64,000 nucleotides of DNA from an uncultured Bacilli bacterium (lineage in GTDB: Bacteria; Bacillota_I; Bacilli_A; RF39; UBA660): contig CANQMM010000001.1 of the NCBI GenBank assembly GCA_947624955.1, positions 962-64,961 on the forward strand, written 5' to 3'. The translations under genes were made by a program, and so were the position numbers. Positions 28,588 through 40,613 of this stretch are shown here, piece after piece. The notes beneath the pieces are model-generated. The model made no database searches, was not told the origin of the DNA, and saw only the letters and a program-made list of their open reading frames with translations. Within the stretch, counting starts at the first letter, position 1. Each line of letters opens with the position of its first letter.

Positions 28588-29598
28588 ATGAATTTAAATA
28601 CTTTAAAAGATTTAATTTTATATCAAAGTCAGAATACAAATCAAACAATTGAAGTTTTATATGAGAATGAAGATTTTTGGCTAACTCAAAAAACAATGGC
28701 AGAGTTATTTAAGGTTAAAGTTAATACAATTAATTATCATTTAAAAGAAATATTTTCCAATAATGAATTAAATGAAAATTCAGTTATTCGAAAAATTCGA
28801 ATAACTGCCACTGATGGTAAAGATTACAATACAAACTCTTATAGTTTAGATGCCATTATTGCAGTTGGCTATCGTGTTAATTCAAAGGAAGCAACTGAGT
28901 TTAGAATATGGGCAACTAATACCTTAAAGGAATATATCAAAAAAGGATTTGTGTTAAATACCGAATTATTAAAAAATGGTCCAAAATTTGGTAAAGATTA
29001 CTTTGATGAATTGCTAGTTAAAATCAAAGAAATTAGAGCAAGCGAAAGAAGATTTTATCAAAAAATCACCGACATTTATAAAGAATGTAGTTATGATTAT
29101 GATAAAAATAGTGAAATTACAAAAGAGTTTTACAAAAATGTGCAAAATAAACTCCACTTTGCTATCACAGGAATGACTGCACCAGAAATCATATACAATA
29201 GAGTCGATTCCAAAAAAGATTATATGGGACTTCAAACTTGGAAAAATGCTCCTGATGGGAAAGTACTTGAAACGGATGTTGTAGTTGCTAAAAATTATTT
29301 GCAAGAAGAAGAAATAAAAGAATTAAATAATTTAGTTTCTATGTATTTAGATTTTGCTGAACGCCAAGTAAAATTAGGTCATATTATTTCTATGAAAGAA
29401 TGGAAAGATAAATTAGAATTATTTTTAAAGTTAAATGAATATAACATTTTACAAGATAATGATAAAATAACAAGAGAAATAGCTGATAAATTAGCACTTG
29501 ATGAATATGAAAAATATAGAGTTGTACAGGATCAAAAATATATATCTGATTTTGATGAACTTTTAATTGAAACCCAAAACATCGAATCATCAGAATAA
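28588..29598 (+). CDS. RhuM-family protein (virulence protein RhuM-like), full length
   Basis: Start re-picked at ATG after agagagga (track 28519); ~336 aa; conserved N-terminal domain shared with 26454 and 16727 genes. Confidence 0.7.
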   Translation: MNLNTLKDLILYQSQNTNQTIEVLYENEDFWLTQKTMAELFKVKVNTINYHLKEIFSNNELNENSVIRKIRITATDGKDYNTNSYSLDAIIAVGYRVNSKEATEFRIWATNTLKEYIKKGFVLNTELLKNGPKFGKDYFDELLVKIKEIRASERRFYQKITDIYKECSYDYDKNSEITKEFYKNVQNKLHFAITGMTAPEIIYNRVDSKKDYMGLQTWKNAPDGKVLETDVVVAKNYLQEEEIKELNNLVSMYLDFAERQVKLGHIISMKEWKDKLELFLKLNEYNILQDNDKITREIADKLALDEYEKYRVVQDQKYISDFDELLIETQNIESSE

Positions 29599-29624
29599 TC
29601 CACAATAAAAGCAATAGATTAACT

Positions 29625-30419
29625 CTACTGCTTTTTAATAACTTTACTTTCTATATAAACGATTAATTTATATAAGATAAACGAAATAATAACTAATAAT
29701 AAAACTCCACTTATTACTAAATCCAAATTAAATATTTGTGTTCCGTAAATAATTAAATATCCAATACCTTTCCGGCTTACAAGAAATTCCCCCATCACAA
29801 CACCGATTAGGGACATTGATATGTTCAATTTAACTGCACTCATAATTGTTGGTAGACTACCAGGTAGTATTAAATACTTAAGTATTTGTATTTTATTTGC
29901 TTTAAAACTCTTCAAAAGTTTTAATTTAACTTTATCAATATTATAAAAACCATTTAGAATAGTTACAATGCTTACTATTAAATTAATTAGTAAAGCCATT
30001 ACGATAATTGTCCTTATATTAGCTCCAAACCAGATAATTAACATTGGACCTAACGCTACTTTAGGTAAAGAATTTAACATCGTTAAGAAAGGTTCTAATA
30101 CTTTATTGAGTAGTGGAAAAGAATACAATATTAGAGCAATAACTAAACCTAAAACTAAACCTAAACCAAAAGAAATAAATAACTCTATTAAAGTAGTATT
30201 TATATGGGATAATAAATCACCATTTTTTATTAATAATTTTAAAGTCTTAATACACGAACTAGGACTAGAAAAAATAAATGAATTAATAATCTGCTTTCTA
30301 CTTAATAATTCCCAAACTCCTAAAAATAAACCAATAATCAATAATTGAATCAGAAAAATAATAATTTTTTGCCTTTTTAATTTTTTAATAAAATTTCTTT
30401 GTTCATTAGATAAAGACAT
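29625..30419 (-). CDS. ABC transporter permease (NitT/TauT/SsuC-like binding-protein-dependent family)
   Basis: 6 TM; permease signature loop region; overlaps upstream ATPase gene (operon SBP-ATPase-permease on minus strand). Confidence 0.8.
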   Translation of the reverse strand: MSLSNEQRNFIKKLKRQKIIIFLIQLLIIGLFLGVWELLSRKQIINSFIFSSPSSCIKTLKLLIKNGDLLSHINTTLIELFISFGLGLVLGLVIALILYSFPLLNKVLEPFLTMLNSLPKVALGPMLIIWFGANIRTIIVMALLINLIVSIVTILNGFYNIDKVKLKLLKSFKANKIQILKYLILPGSLPTIMSAVKLNISMSLIGVVMGEFLVSRKGIGYLIIYGTQIFNLDLVISGVLLLVIISFILYKLIVYIESKVIKKQ

Positions 30420-31158
30420 CTAAATCCTGCCATATCTTATCATAATATATTGCAAATTCTTTACTTTTCCGATTATTAATAGGAGTTGACTTGTTACTAA
30501 GTTTAATTTCATATTCATTCTTTACTACGGCTGGTCTTTTAGAAAATACAATTATTCTATCCGCTAAACTGACGGCTTCCGCTAAATCATGGGTAACCAT
30601 AATCGCCGTTTTACCTTCTTTTTTGATGATTTTATAAACATCATCACTAACTGCTAAACGTGTTTGATAATCTAAAGCGGAAAAAGCTTCATCAAGTAAG
30701 ATAATATCCGGTTCAAGTACCAAAGTTCTAATTAAAGCACATCTCTGACGCATTCCTCCTGATAGACAAGATGGATACTTATCCTTAAACTCTAATAAAT
30801 CATAATTGCTTAATAATTCTAAAGCATAATCCTCTTTCTCTTTATTAAGTAACCCTTTAATCTTTAAACCTAATAGAACATTATCCCAAACCGTTAACCA
30901 AGGTAGTAAGGCATCCTCTTGCAGCATATAACCAATAGTTTTACCTTCTTTAATTTCAATCGACCCTTTGGTTTCCTTCTCCAATCCCGCTAAGATATTT
31001 AAAAGTGTACTTTTACCACATCCACTACTACCAACTATAGCGATGAATTCTCCTTCATTAACTTTTAATGAAACATCTTTAATAGCCACTACTTCTCCTA
31101 ATTTCGTATGATAATTCTTTCCTAAATTTTTAATTGTTAATATCTCATTCATAATCAA
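30406..31158 (-). CDS. ABC transporter ATP-binding protein (SsuB/TauB-like)
   Basis: Walker A GSSGCGKST; signature LSGGMRQRCALIRTL; Walker B ILLDEAFSALD. Confidence 0.9.
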   Translation of the reverse strand: MIMNEILTIKNLGKNYHTKLGEVVAIKDVSLKVNEGEFIAIVGSSGCGKSTLLNILAGLEKETKGSIEIKEGKTIGYMLQEDALLPWLTVWDNVLLGLKIKGLLNKEKEDYALELLSNYDLLEFKDKYPSCLSGGMRQRCALIRTLVLEPDIILLDEAFSALDYQTRLAVSDDVYKIIKKEGKTAIMVTHDLAEAVSLADRIIVFSKRPAVVKNEYEIKLSNKSTPINNRKSKEFAIYYDKIWQDLDVFI

Positions 31159-32131
31159 TATTTAAAACTAATTCATTATAAGGAACATATTCATTTATTA
31201 AATCTGCTTTTAACATAATGTCTTGAAGATTATTGAATGCTGTTTCCGTAATAGTAGTATCCGTAAACCAACTATCAGCATCCTTATATCTTTTGATAAT
31301 CGTTGCTATTTCATTGACACTAGAATCAGGGAATTGTGGTGCAATTACTTTAGCTACATCTTCTTCACTATTATTCATTGTAAATTCAATTCCTTTATTT
31401 AAAGCTTTTACAAATCTTTTAATTAAATCTTCATTATTTTCTAGATAACTTTTTCTAGCATTAAATGCGGTATAAGGTACTTCTCCGGATAATTTACCAA
31501 TACTTGCTACGACATAACCGAGTCCTTGACTTTCCAACTTCGTTGCATTTGGTTCAAATAGATTGACAAAGTCGCCCATACCGGCAATAAAACTACCGGA
31601 TAATGAAGCAAACTCTACACTTGTATTGATATCTATTTTCTTTTCGTCAATATCATTATTTTTTAAAGCATTTTGAAAATTTAAGATTGGCATTCCACCA
31701 ACTCTACCAGCTAGTACTTCTTTACCATATAGATCTTCTAGTTTAAAATCATCGATTTTTTCTCTAGAAACGATAAATTGCCCATCTCTTTTAGTTAAAC
31801 CGGCAAATGATACAATATAATCTTTTTCTCCACCATTATATACGTAGATGGAACTTTCCGGTCCGGCAAAGCCAATTTGGGCATCTCCTGATAATACAGC
31901 GGCACTTACTTTATCAGCTCCACTAGTTAATACTAAATCGATTTCTATTCCTTCATCTTCAAAATAACCGTTTTCGATTGCGGCATACCATGGCGCATAA
32001 AAAATGCTATGCGTAACTTCCGCTACCGTAACCTTTTCTAAATTTTGCGCTTCATCCTTCTTTAAGATGACAAAACAAATACCCACAATAATTAATAAAA
32101 ATACCATAATTAATAAACTTGTTTTTTTCAT
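31145..32131 (-). CDS. ABC transporter substrate-binding protein (NMT1/SsuA-like), signal-anchored
   Basis: N-terminal TM; periplasmic-binding-protein-like fold features; first gene of the minus-strand operon. Confidence 0.7.
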   Translation of the reverse strand: MKKTSLLIMVFLLIIVGICFVILKKDEAQNLEKVTVAEVTHSIFYAPWYAAIENGYFEDEGIEIDLVLTSGADKVSAAVLSGDAQIGFAGPESSIYVYNGGEKDYIVSFAGLTKRDGQFIVSREKIDDFKLEDLYGKEVLAGRVGGMPILNFQNALKNNDIDEKKIDINTSVEFASLSGSFIAGMGDFVNLFEPNATKLESQGLGYVVASIGKLSGEVPYTAFNARKSYLENNEDLIKRFVKALNKGIEFTMNNSEEDVAKVIAPQFPDSSVNEIATIIKRYKDADSWFTDTTITETAFNNLQDIMLKADLINEYVPYNELVLNIDYE

Positions 32132-32241
32132 AAAATCCTCCTTCTTATCTCTTTATTATATGAGTAAAAAAATTAAAAAGTTACCATTTACAATACCGCA
32201 ATTATTTGTTATAATTTTGAATATAATAGAGGAGTGGTAAG

Positions 32242-34281
32242 ATGGCAAATACATCTACATTAAGAAATGATCAAAGAAAACTTCTAGAACGTTTATATAA
32301 TCTTAAAAGTGACGATAGTGATGTTATAAGTAATATCCGGCAAAGCATTAGTGCCAATGAAGAAACAGGTCAAAGAATTCAAACCGAAAAAGAAGACTGT
32401 GAAAATCAAAAATCATCTAAAACCGATAGAAAAGTTCAAATTGAAAATCAATATCAAAAGTTTTTAGATGATTTAAAAGGCATCTCTAAAGATAGTTACA
32501 CTGTTCTTTTAGAAGAAGCTGAAGAAAGTTTTGACCCTGAGGCAATGCTTGAAAGAATCAAAGAAAGAATTCCTAAACGTTTAGAAGAAATAGAAACCTT
32601 AATCACTAGTTTAGAAGAGAAAATTGCTGCTAGTGAAAATGCTTTAAGTGAAAATAGCTTAACAGCTCAAGAATTAGAAGAAAAACTTGCTGATGCTGAA
32701 CGCGTACGCGCTGACTTAGCAAAACTAATTGACGAATCATTACACGGTAATGGTAGTATAACTCGTGATTCTGTCGAAGAAATTCTTGCTAAATTAGGAT
32801 TTAAAGAAGAAGAAATTATTGAGTTAGGTAAAATGATTCTTTTCCCACAAGGAACATTAGAATCTTTTGATGCCGAATATCAAGAAAGAAAAACTGAAGG
32901 TCACACAGTTCCCGAAATTTTAGGAGCTAGACCAGAAGAACCTACGGCTGAACCAACACCTGAATCTGAACCAATTAAAGTAGTTGGTAGTGAACCAACC
33001 GGAGCTGCAGAACCCAATACCACTCCCAGTGAAGATGCTTCTGTAGAGAAAGTTACTGAAACTCCAGAAACTGCGCCTGAAGCAGCCGACTATTCTGAAT
33101 TTTATGAACAAACTGGTATTCAACCCGGCTTCTTATCTGAACAAGCCGTAGCTGAATTATCAGCCGTTAATAAACCACAACTAATTAAAGAAAATTATGC
33201 TACGTTAACTAGTTTAGAAATCTCTGATACGAATATTAAAACCTACTATAGTGCATTAATCGATCCGGATTTAAATGGCAAAATTAAATTATTCCAAGAA
33301 CTAGGTAAAACTTCAATCGATATGAATTTAAATTTCCCAACTTTACTAGTATATAGTTTAGCTGACTTAGAAGAATTAAAAACTTTATGTGAAGAATCTG
33401 ATTTAAGTCTAGGTAATATTCCTTTAAATGTTTTAGGTAATGGCTTAACAGATTTCTTTGAAAACCTTGCTACACTATCTGGCAGTCATACAGAATTAGA
33501 TGGTAGTGAAGTAACTAAAAGAGCAGCTCTTTTAGCGACTGCTAGTTCACAATTTAAAAATAACTTAAATATGCTTAATAAATATGCTTATAGCTTGACT
33601 AAGAAAAATGGTAAAACAGCATTACAACCACTCGCTCAAGATAGTACAGAACTAGCCACCGGCTTAGATGCCGTTATCGAAACCGGAGAAGATCGGATAT
33701 TTGATAATGAACCGGATAAATTAGCAATTAACTTAATGGATTTAGCAAACCGTATTGCTTATTGTCATAAAAATGCTATTCCACTTTATAATGAAAGTGG
33801 TGCTCCTCATCACTTTATCTTCGATGAAGCAGAATTCGCTAAAGTCTTTGAACCATTAGATCCTGAGACGATTAAAGAAATTCCAACTGCTGAAGAAGCC
33901 CGAGGAAGTCTTCAAGAAACAACTAATAATTCTTCTCTAATAGACCTATTAGATAAAATGGATTTAACAACTTTATATGAAACGGGTCGCAATATTACTG
34001 ATGAAGAAGTATATTTTGGTCTTCAATCATATTTAGGACAACTTGCTGAGTATGAAAATGAAACTCACCGCGCTTACATTATCGATGGTGTTACCTTATC
34101 TAAAGAAAGAACGGAAAGAAACCTCGTTCAATTAATCAAGAATCCTACTGATGGTAAAGCTGAAGAAATTTTAGTGGTTGCTCTATTGTATGGTGCTTTA
34201 AAGTCTAAAGAAGATATGGTCAAGGTGGCAAACGCTATGGGTTTTAGTGAACCAAGTGTTGAAGGGAGTGTTAGATTATGA
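32242..34281 (+). CDS. Large cytoplasmic acidic protein (679 aa): N-terminal coiled coil, Pro/Glu/Thr-rich linker, ~400-aa C-terminal domain; hypothetical
   Basis: RBS gaggagtgg; promoter TTTACA-17-TATAAT upstream; no TM or signal peptide; no recognisable motifs. Confidence 0.55.
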   Translation: MANTSTLRNDQRKLLERLYNLKSDDSDVISNIRQSISANEETGQRIQTEKEDCENQKSSKTDRKVQIENQYQKFLDDLKGISKDSYTVLLEEAEESFDPEAMLERIKERIPKRLEEIETLITSLEEKIAASENALSENSLTAQELEEKLADAERVRADLAKLIDESLHGNGSITRDSVEEILAKLGFKEEEIIELGKMILFPQGTLESFDAEYQERKTEGHTVPEILGARPEEPTAEPTPESEPIKVVGSEPTGAAEPNTTPSEDASVEKVTETPETAPEAADYSEFYEQTGIQPGFLSEQAVAELSAVNKPQLIKENYATLTSLEISDTNIKTYYSALIDPDLNGKIKLFQELGKTSIDMNLNFPTLLVYSLADLEELKTLCEESDLSLGNIPLNVLGNGLTDFFENLATLSGSHTELDGSEVTKRAALLATASSQFKNNLNMLNKYAYSLTKKNGKTALQPLAQDSTELATGLDAVIETGEDRIFDNEPDKLAINLMDLANRIAYCHKNAIPLYNESGAPHHFIFDEAEFAKVFEPLDPETIKEIPTAEEARGSLQETTNNSSLIDLLDKMDLTTLYETGRNITDEEVYFGLQSYLGQLAEYENETHRAYIIDGVTLSKERTERNLVQLIKNPTDGKAEEILVVALLYGALKSKEDMVKVANAMGFSEPSVEGSVRL

Positions 34282-34565
34282 TGTTCTTATCTGAATTAGG
34301 ATTTGATAATTTACAAATTAAAGCGATTGAAAAAAATATTCCCAAACTAATAAAAGAGCAAATAAAAAATTCTCAAGAATTAGTTAAGATGAATATTTCC
34401 TTCCTTAAAGACTTGGGTGTTAAAAATTATCGGGAAGCTTTTAAATCTTATTATGATATGTTTTTAATGGATAATAGTTCATTTACTGCTATCTTTGCGA
34501 AATATGATCGTGATGATTTAATTGAAAAACTTGAAAAGAATATTGCTATAATTGAACATCTATAA
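34278..34565 (+). CDS. Small protein (95 aa) translationally coupled to 32242..34281, hypothetical
   Basis: ATGA start/stop overlap; GGGAGTG RBS inside upstream gene end. Confidence 0.45.
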   Translation: MMFLSELGFDNLQIKAIEKNIPKLIKEQIKNSQELVKMNISFLKDLGVKNYREAFKSYYDMFLMDNSSFTAIFAKYDRDDLIEKLEKNIAIIEHL

Positions 34566-34704
34566 AAAGGAGTAATTAATTTTATTCCTTTTTTAAGACT
34601 TTCAATTCAAACAAACGTATGCTATAATAAAAATGTAATAAACAATAAAAATAATATTCAAATAAAGTTTTATTTGGTATAATTTTTATGACAAGGTGGT
34701 AAAA

Positions 34705-36792
34705 ATGAACTATTTAGATGGATTAAATGAACAACAATTAAAAGCTGTAAATCATATTGATGGGCCGTGTCTAGTCCTTGCCGGAGCCGGTAGTGGTAAA
34801 ACGCGTGTTCTGACTACTCGTATCGCTAATCTTATTGACAATGGGATTTACGGTAGTCATATCTTAGCCATAACTTTTACTAATAAAGCCGCTAAAGAAA
34901 TGAAAGAACGTTTAAACAAACTTATCCCCGATAACAATGTTTTTGTGGGAACTTTTCACGCTCTAGGTGTTCGTATTATAAGAGAAAATTATAATTTATT
35001 AGAATTAGATAAGAACTTTACCATTCTCGATAGTGAAGATGTTTTAAGTGTAATTAAAAAAATTCTCAAAGAATTAGGTTATGATCCCAAACTAAATTCC
35101 CCAAGTTATATTCGTAATCGCATCAGTTTTATCAAAAATGAAATGCTTAGCGCCGGGGAAATTGCCAAATTTTTTAACACTCCTGCTGAAAAAGTTGCGG
35201 AGAAAGTTTATTATGAATATCAATCCGTCTTAGCTCGGAATAATTCTGTCGACTTTGATGATTTACTCGTTTTACCAGTTGAGTTATTTGCAAGTCATCC
35301 CGAAATCTTAGAAAAATATCAAGAACGTTATCGCTACATCCTTATCGATGAATACCAAGATACTAACGAGGTTCAATATAAATTTAGTAAATTACTCGCT
35401 AAAAAGTATCGTAATATTTTCGTCGTTGGTGACCCTGATCAATCTATCTATATGTTTCGGGGGGCGAACTTCCGGAATATCCTAAACTTTGAAAGTGATT
35501 ATCCCAGTTCCGAGATTATTCCCTTAGAAGAAAATTATCGTAGTACTAACTACATTTTAAAAGCTGCTAACTCCGTCATCAAAAATAATAAAGAACGGAA
35601 AGAGAAGAATTTGTTCTCCGCCAAAGGCGACGGCGTCAAAACCAAATATATCCGCGCTTACGATGGGAAACACGAAATAACTCTCGTTATTGAAGAAATT
35701 AAAAAATTACTTAATGAAGGTTTTAGCAAAAAAGATATTGGAGTTTTGTACCGGACCAATGCTCAATCCCGCTTACTCGAAGAAATGTTTATTAAAGCCA
35801 ATCTCCCTTATAAAGTAGTGGGTAGTTATTATTTCTATAATCGTAAAGAGGTCAAAGATTTACTAGCTTATTTACGCCTTATCCAAAATCATCACGACGA
35901 TATTAGTTTAAGAAGAGTCATAAATGTCCCTAAAAGAGGTATTGGCGCTTCAACTTTAACCAAACTAGAAACTATTGCTAAAGAGAATAATACCTCGATG
36001 TATGATGCGATTAGCGGCGGTAAAGAGCAAACTTTTAAAGACTTAATCGCCGAGATTACCCAAGAAAGTGAAAACATCTCTTTAACGGAGTTAATCGATT
36101 TAATTCTAGATAAGACCGGGATGCAAGCCGAGTTAGAAAACGAAAAGAGTTTAGAAAACGATCTACGTTTAGAATATTTGCAAGAATTTAAAAGCATCAC
36201 GGCTTCCTTTGAAGAACGTACCGGTAGTGTTAATTTAGCCGATTTTTTAGAAGAGGTCAGTTTAATTGCGGATATCTCTGACCATCAAGAAAGTGAAGAT
36301 GTCATAACTTTGATGACTCTCCATAGTGCCAAAGGCCTTGAGTTTGAAGCTGTATTCATCGTCGGTATGGAAGATGGCATCTTCCCCCACGCCAATGCCT
36401 TTTTAGAAGAAGGGGGCTTAGAAGAAGAGAGACGCTTGTGTTATGTTGGTATTACTAGAGCTAAACAAAGATTGTATATTAGTAATGCGAAAAGAAGAAT
36501 TCTCTATGGTAAAGAAACGATGAATCCTCCAAGTCGCTTTATCGATGAAATCGACTCTAACTTACTCGATGTCCAAAATGAATTAATGCAAGAACAACCC
36601 AAAGTCGATAAAGAAGCCATCTATACCAATACTGATGCTGAATACCAAAATGGTGATGTTGTAATGCACACTATCTATGGCCGCGGCGTTGTCATTGATA
36701 TGCAAAATGATTTAGTAACTATTGCTTTTGCCAAAAATTTTGGTATTCGCAAAGTAATGAAAAGTTATAAAGGTCTAAGAAAAATTTCATAA
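34705..36792 (+). CDS. pcrA: ATP-dependent DNA helicase PcrA (UvrD/Rep family)
   Basis: Walker A AGAGSGKTRVLT; UvrD helicase motifs through length; start at ATG after AAGGTGG; adjacent ligA as in many Firmicutes. Confidence 0.9.
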   Translation: MNYLDGLNEQQLKAVNHIDGPCLVLAGAGSGKTRVLTTRIANLIDNGIYGSHILAITFTNKAAKEMKERLNKLIPDNNVFVGTFHALGVRIIRENYNLLELDKNFTILDSEDVLSVIKKILKELGYDPKLNSPSYIRNRISFIKNEMLSAGEIAKFFNTPAEKVAEKVYYEYQSVLARNNSVDFDDLLVLPVELFASHPEILEKYQERYRYILIDEYQDTNEVQYKFSKLLAKKYRNIFVVGDPDQSIYMFRGANFRNILNFESDYPSSEIIPLEENYRSTNYILKAANSVIKNNKERKEKNLFSAKGDGVKTKYIRAYDGKHEITLVIEEIKKLLNEGFSKKDIGVLYRTNAQSRLLEEMFIKANLPYKVVGSYYFYNRKEVKDLLAYLRLIQNHHDDISLRRVINVPKRGIGASTLTKLETIAKENNTSMYDAISGGKEQTFKDLIAEITQESENISLTELIDLILDKTGMQAELENEKSLENDLRLEYLQEFKSITASFEERTGSVNLADFLEEVSLIADISDHQESEDVITLMTLHSAKGLEFEAVFIVGMEDGIFPHANAFLEEGGLEEERRLCYVGITRAKQRLYISNAKRRILYGKETMNPPSRFIDEIDSNLLDVQNELMQEQPKVDKEAIYTNTDAEYQNGDVVMHTIYGRGVVIDMQNDLVTIAFAKNFGIRKVMKSYKGLRKIS

Positions 36793-36797
36793 TATAA

Positions 36798-38793
<1,996 letters not shown>

Positions 38794-38795
<2 letters not shown>

Positions 38796-38813
38796 CACCG
38801 AAAGGTGTTTTTA
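38794..38813. terminator. Short bidirectional hairpin (AACACC-GAAA-GGTGTT + TTTT) between convergent ligA and 38811..39959
   Basis: 6-bp stem with GAAA tetraloop and T-run; overlaps stop codon of the minus-strand gene. Confidence 0.4.
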
Positions 38814-39959
38814 CTTTAACTTAAGACTCGCAATATCTTCTTGATTAAATAGTTTAAAATATTGTTTTAAAAATAATACTTTATCAGTTTCTTCATCCCC
38901 AATACCTAAATTATAAAAGATATCGGCAAAACGCATCGCTAATCTATAGTCGCTACTGACATATCTTTTTAAAAAAGCATTGTATAAATTAAAATCTTTT
39001 AAAGCATCCTCAATTTTTATTTTCCCGTCATTAATCTCTTGATAGAACGAATATCGGCGGCGTCGATAATGTTTAAATAATCTATCGATATAATTCATAT
39101 CTACCAAATCATTAGCAACCGCATAGAAAATTCTTGCAATCATCCCATAATTATTTTGCCAAATACGTATATCAAGAGATCCTTTAAAACATCTTACCTC
39201 CACATTATTCCCGGGAGTAGTAATTAAAGGTAATTCTCTTGGAGCACCATCATAACAAGCATTGTTTAGAGTTCGCTGATCTGTAAATTTATCAATATTA
39301 AAACTGCGAAAATTAAAGTCCGGACGGTAATAACAATCATAATGAATAAATGCTAAATAAGCTTTACAAAAATCGCTAGCGGATGCTTGTCCCTTAGCTA
39401 AAACACTTATAAATGAATCGACATCTTGGGGGTTCATCACCCGAGTGAGACTTTTCTTTCCTCGCCCATAGCAATAGTTAAACTGCGCTAAAACCGCATC
39501 ACTACCTAGACCGAAGCGATAGATAATCGGTTCAAAAACACATAATATTTTTATTAGATTGCTTAATTTCTCTAACGTATCAATCATCGCCGAATTATAA
39601 TGGATATGGCCGGCAGCTCTTTTATTAGTTACTGCGCCGTTACTTTTTAAAGTCTTTAAAAGTACATCGAGTTTATCCCAATCTTCCTTACAATCGGATA
39701 GAATTCTCGTTACTATTTCGCCATCGACCGTGTTATCATCTTGCATAACCCCAAACTTTTCATCCCAAATATCCCAATTAAGGGCTTCCACTAAACTTTC
39801 GGCTTTATATCTATCAATTTTATTGTATTCTACTTCGCAACCAAATAGATAATTTTTAGGCAAATTAAGAGAATCCCTTTTAATAAAAGGAAAAGATTTA
39901 ATATATGTCATATAATCTTGTAAGCTTTTCCTACTTAAAGTACCTATCCAATTCATCAA
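38811..39959 (-). CDS. Putative glutamine-synthetase-like amidoligase / carboxylate-amine ligase fold protein
   Basis: Spaced motifs FGCEVEY (GxExE strand), DGEIVT, AAGHIHYN (GxHxH), matching the order seen in GS-like amidoligase and YbdK-type enzymes; soluble, 382 aa. Confidence 0.4.
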   Translation of the reverse strand: MMNWIGTLSRKSLQDYMTYIKSFPFIKRDSLNLPKNYLFGCEVEYNKIDRYKAESLVEALNWDIWDEKFGVMQDDNTVDGEIVTRILSDCKEDWDKLDVLLKTLKSNGAVTNKRAAGHIHYNSAMIDTLEKLSNLIKILCVFEPIIYRFGLGSDAVLAQFNYCYGRGKKSLTRVMNPQDVDSFISVLAKGQASASDFCKAYLAFIHYDCYYRPDFNFRSFNIDKFTDQRTLNNACYDGAPRELPLITTPGNNVEVRCFKGSLDIRIWQNNYGMIARIFYAVANDLVDMNYIDRLFKHYRRRRYSFYQEINDGKIKIEDALKDFNLYNAFLKRYVSSDYRLAMRFADIFYNLGIGDEETDKVLFLKQYFKLFNQEDIASLKLK

Positions 39960-40098
39960 TTTCCCTCTTTTTCTTGACTCGTATTATATAATTATATTAT
40001 CTTCTTTGTCAAACATCATAAAATGTGCAAAAGTTTGTCTTGTTGCGAATAGATAATAAATGTAGTATAATTAACTTACTCAAGAAAGAGGGGAAAGA

Positions 40099-40605
40099 AT
40101 GGAAAAACTCAAAAAAATCTATCGGGAAAACCGGGTACTAGTTATCCTTTTAAGTGTTGTTATCATTTGCTTTGTTATTATTTTAATTGCTTTATTTAAA
40201 TATTTTTACATTGGTGATAACAATATGCGGGGCGACCGTTTAGATGATGCTGCCAACGTTCCTATTAAAGAAGAACGTTTAACTGATTTAACTATGGAAC
40301 TAAAAGAAAACGTCGAGGTTATATCGAGTGCCGAAATTTCACCTTCCGGAAATACTTTTTACTTTACTCTCTATTTTCAACCCGAAGTTACTTTAGAAGA
40401 AGCCAAAACCCTAGCTTCCAAAACTTTAGATGAATTCAGTACCGAAGAAAAAGCCGTTTATGATTTCCAATTCGCCCTTCGTCAAGAAGCTACAGAAAAT
40501 AGTGATGGCTTTAAAATCGATGGTGCTCGAAATGCCGAAGGCGCCGGAACGATAGTGTGGGGAAACCCTATCGCCGTTAAAAAAGACGCTAATGAAAGTG
40601 AATAG
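40099..40605 (+). CDS. Signal-anchored protein (168 aa), hypothetical
   Basis: N-terminal TM VLVILLSVVIICFVIILIALF; RBS aagagggg. Confidence 0.5.
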   Translation: MEKLKKIYRENRVLVILLSVVIICFVIILIALFKYFYIGDNNMRGDRLDDAANVPIKEERLTDLTMELKENVEVISSAEISPSGNTFYFTLYFQPEVTLEEAKTLASKTLDEFSTEEKAVYDFQFALRQEATENSDGFKIDGARNAEGAGTIVWGNPIAVKKDANESE

Positions 40606-40613
40606 GAATTTAT

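Noticed and set aside
29968-30348. 126-aa plus-strand ORF antisense to the ABC permease gene
   Set aside because: Embedded antisense in a conserved-family CDS; composition typical of a shadow frame in AT-rich DNA.
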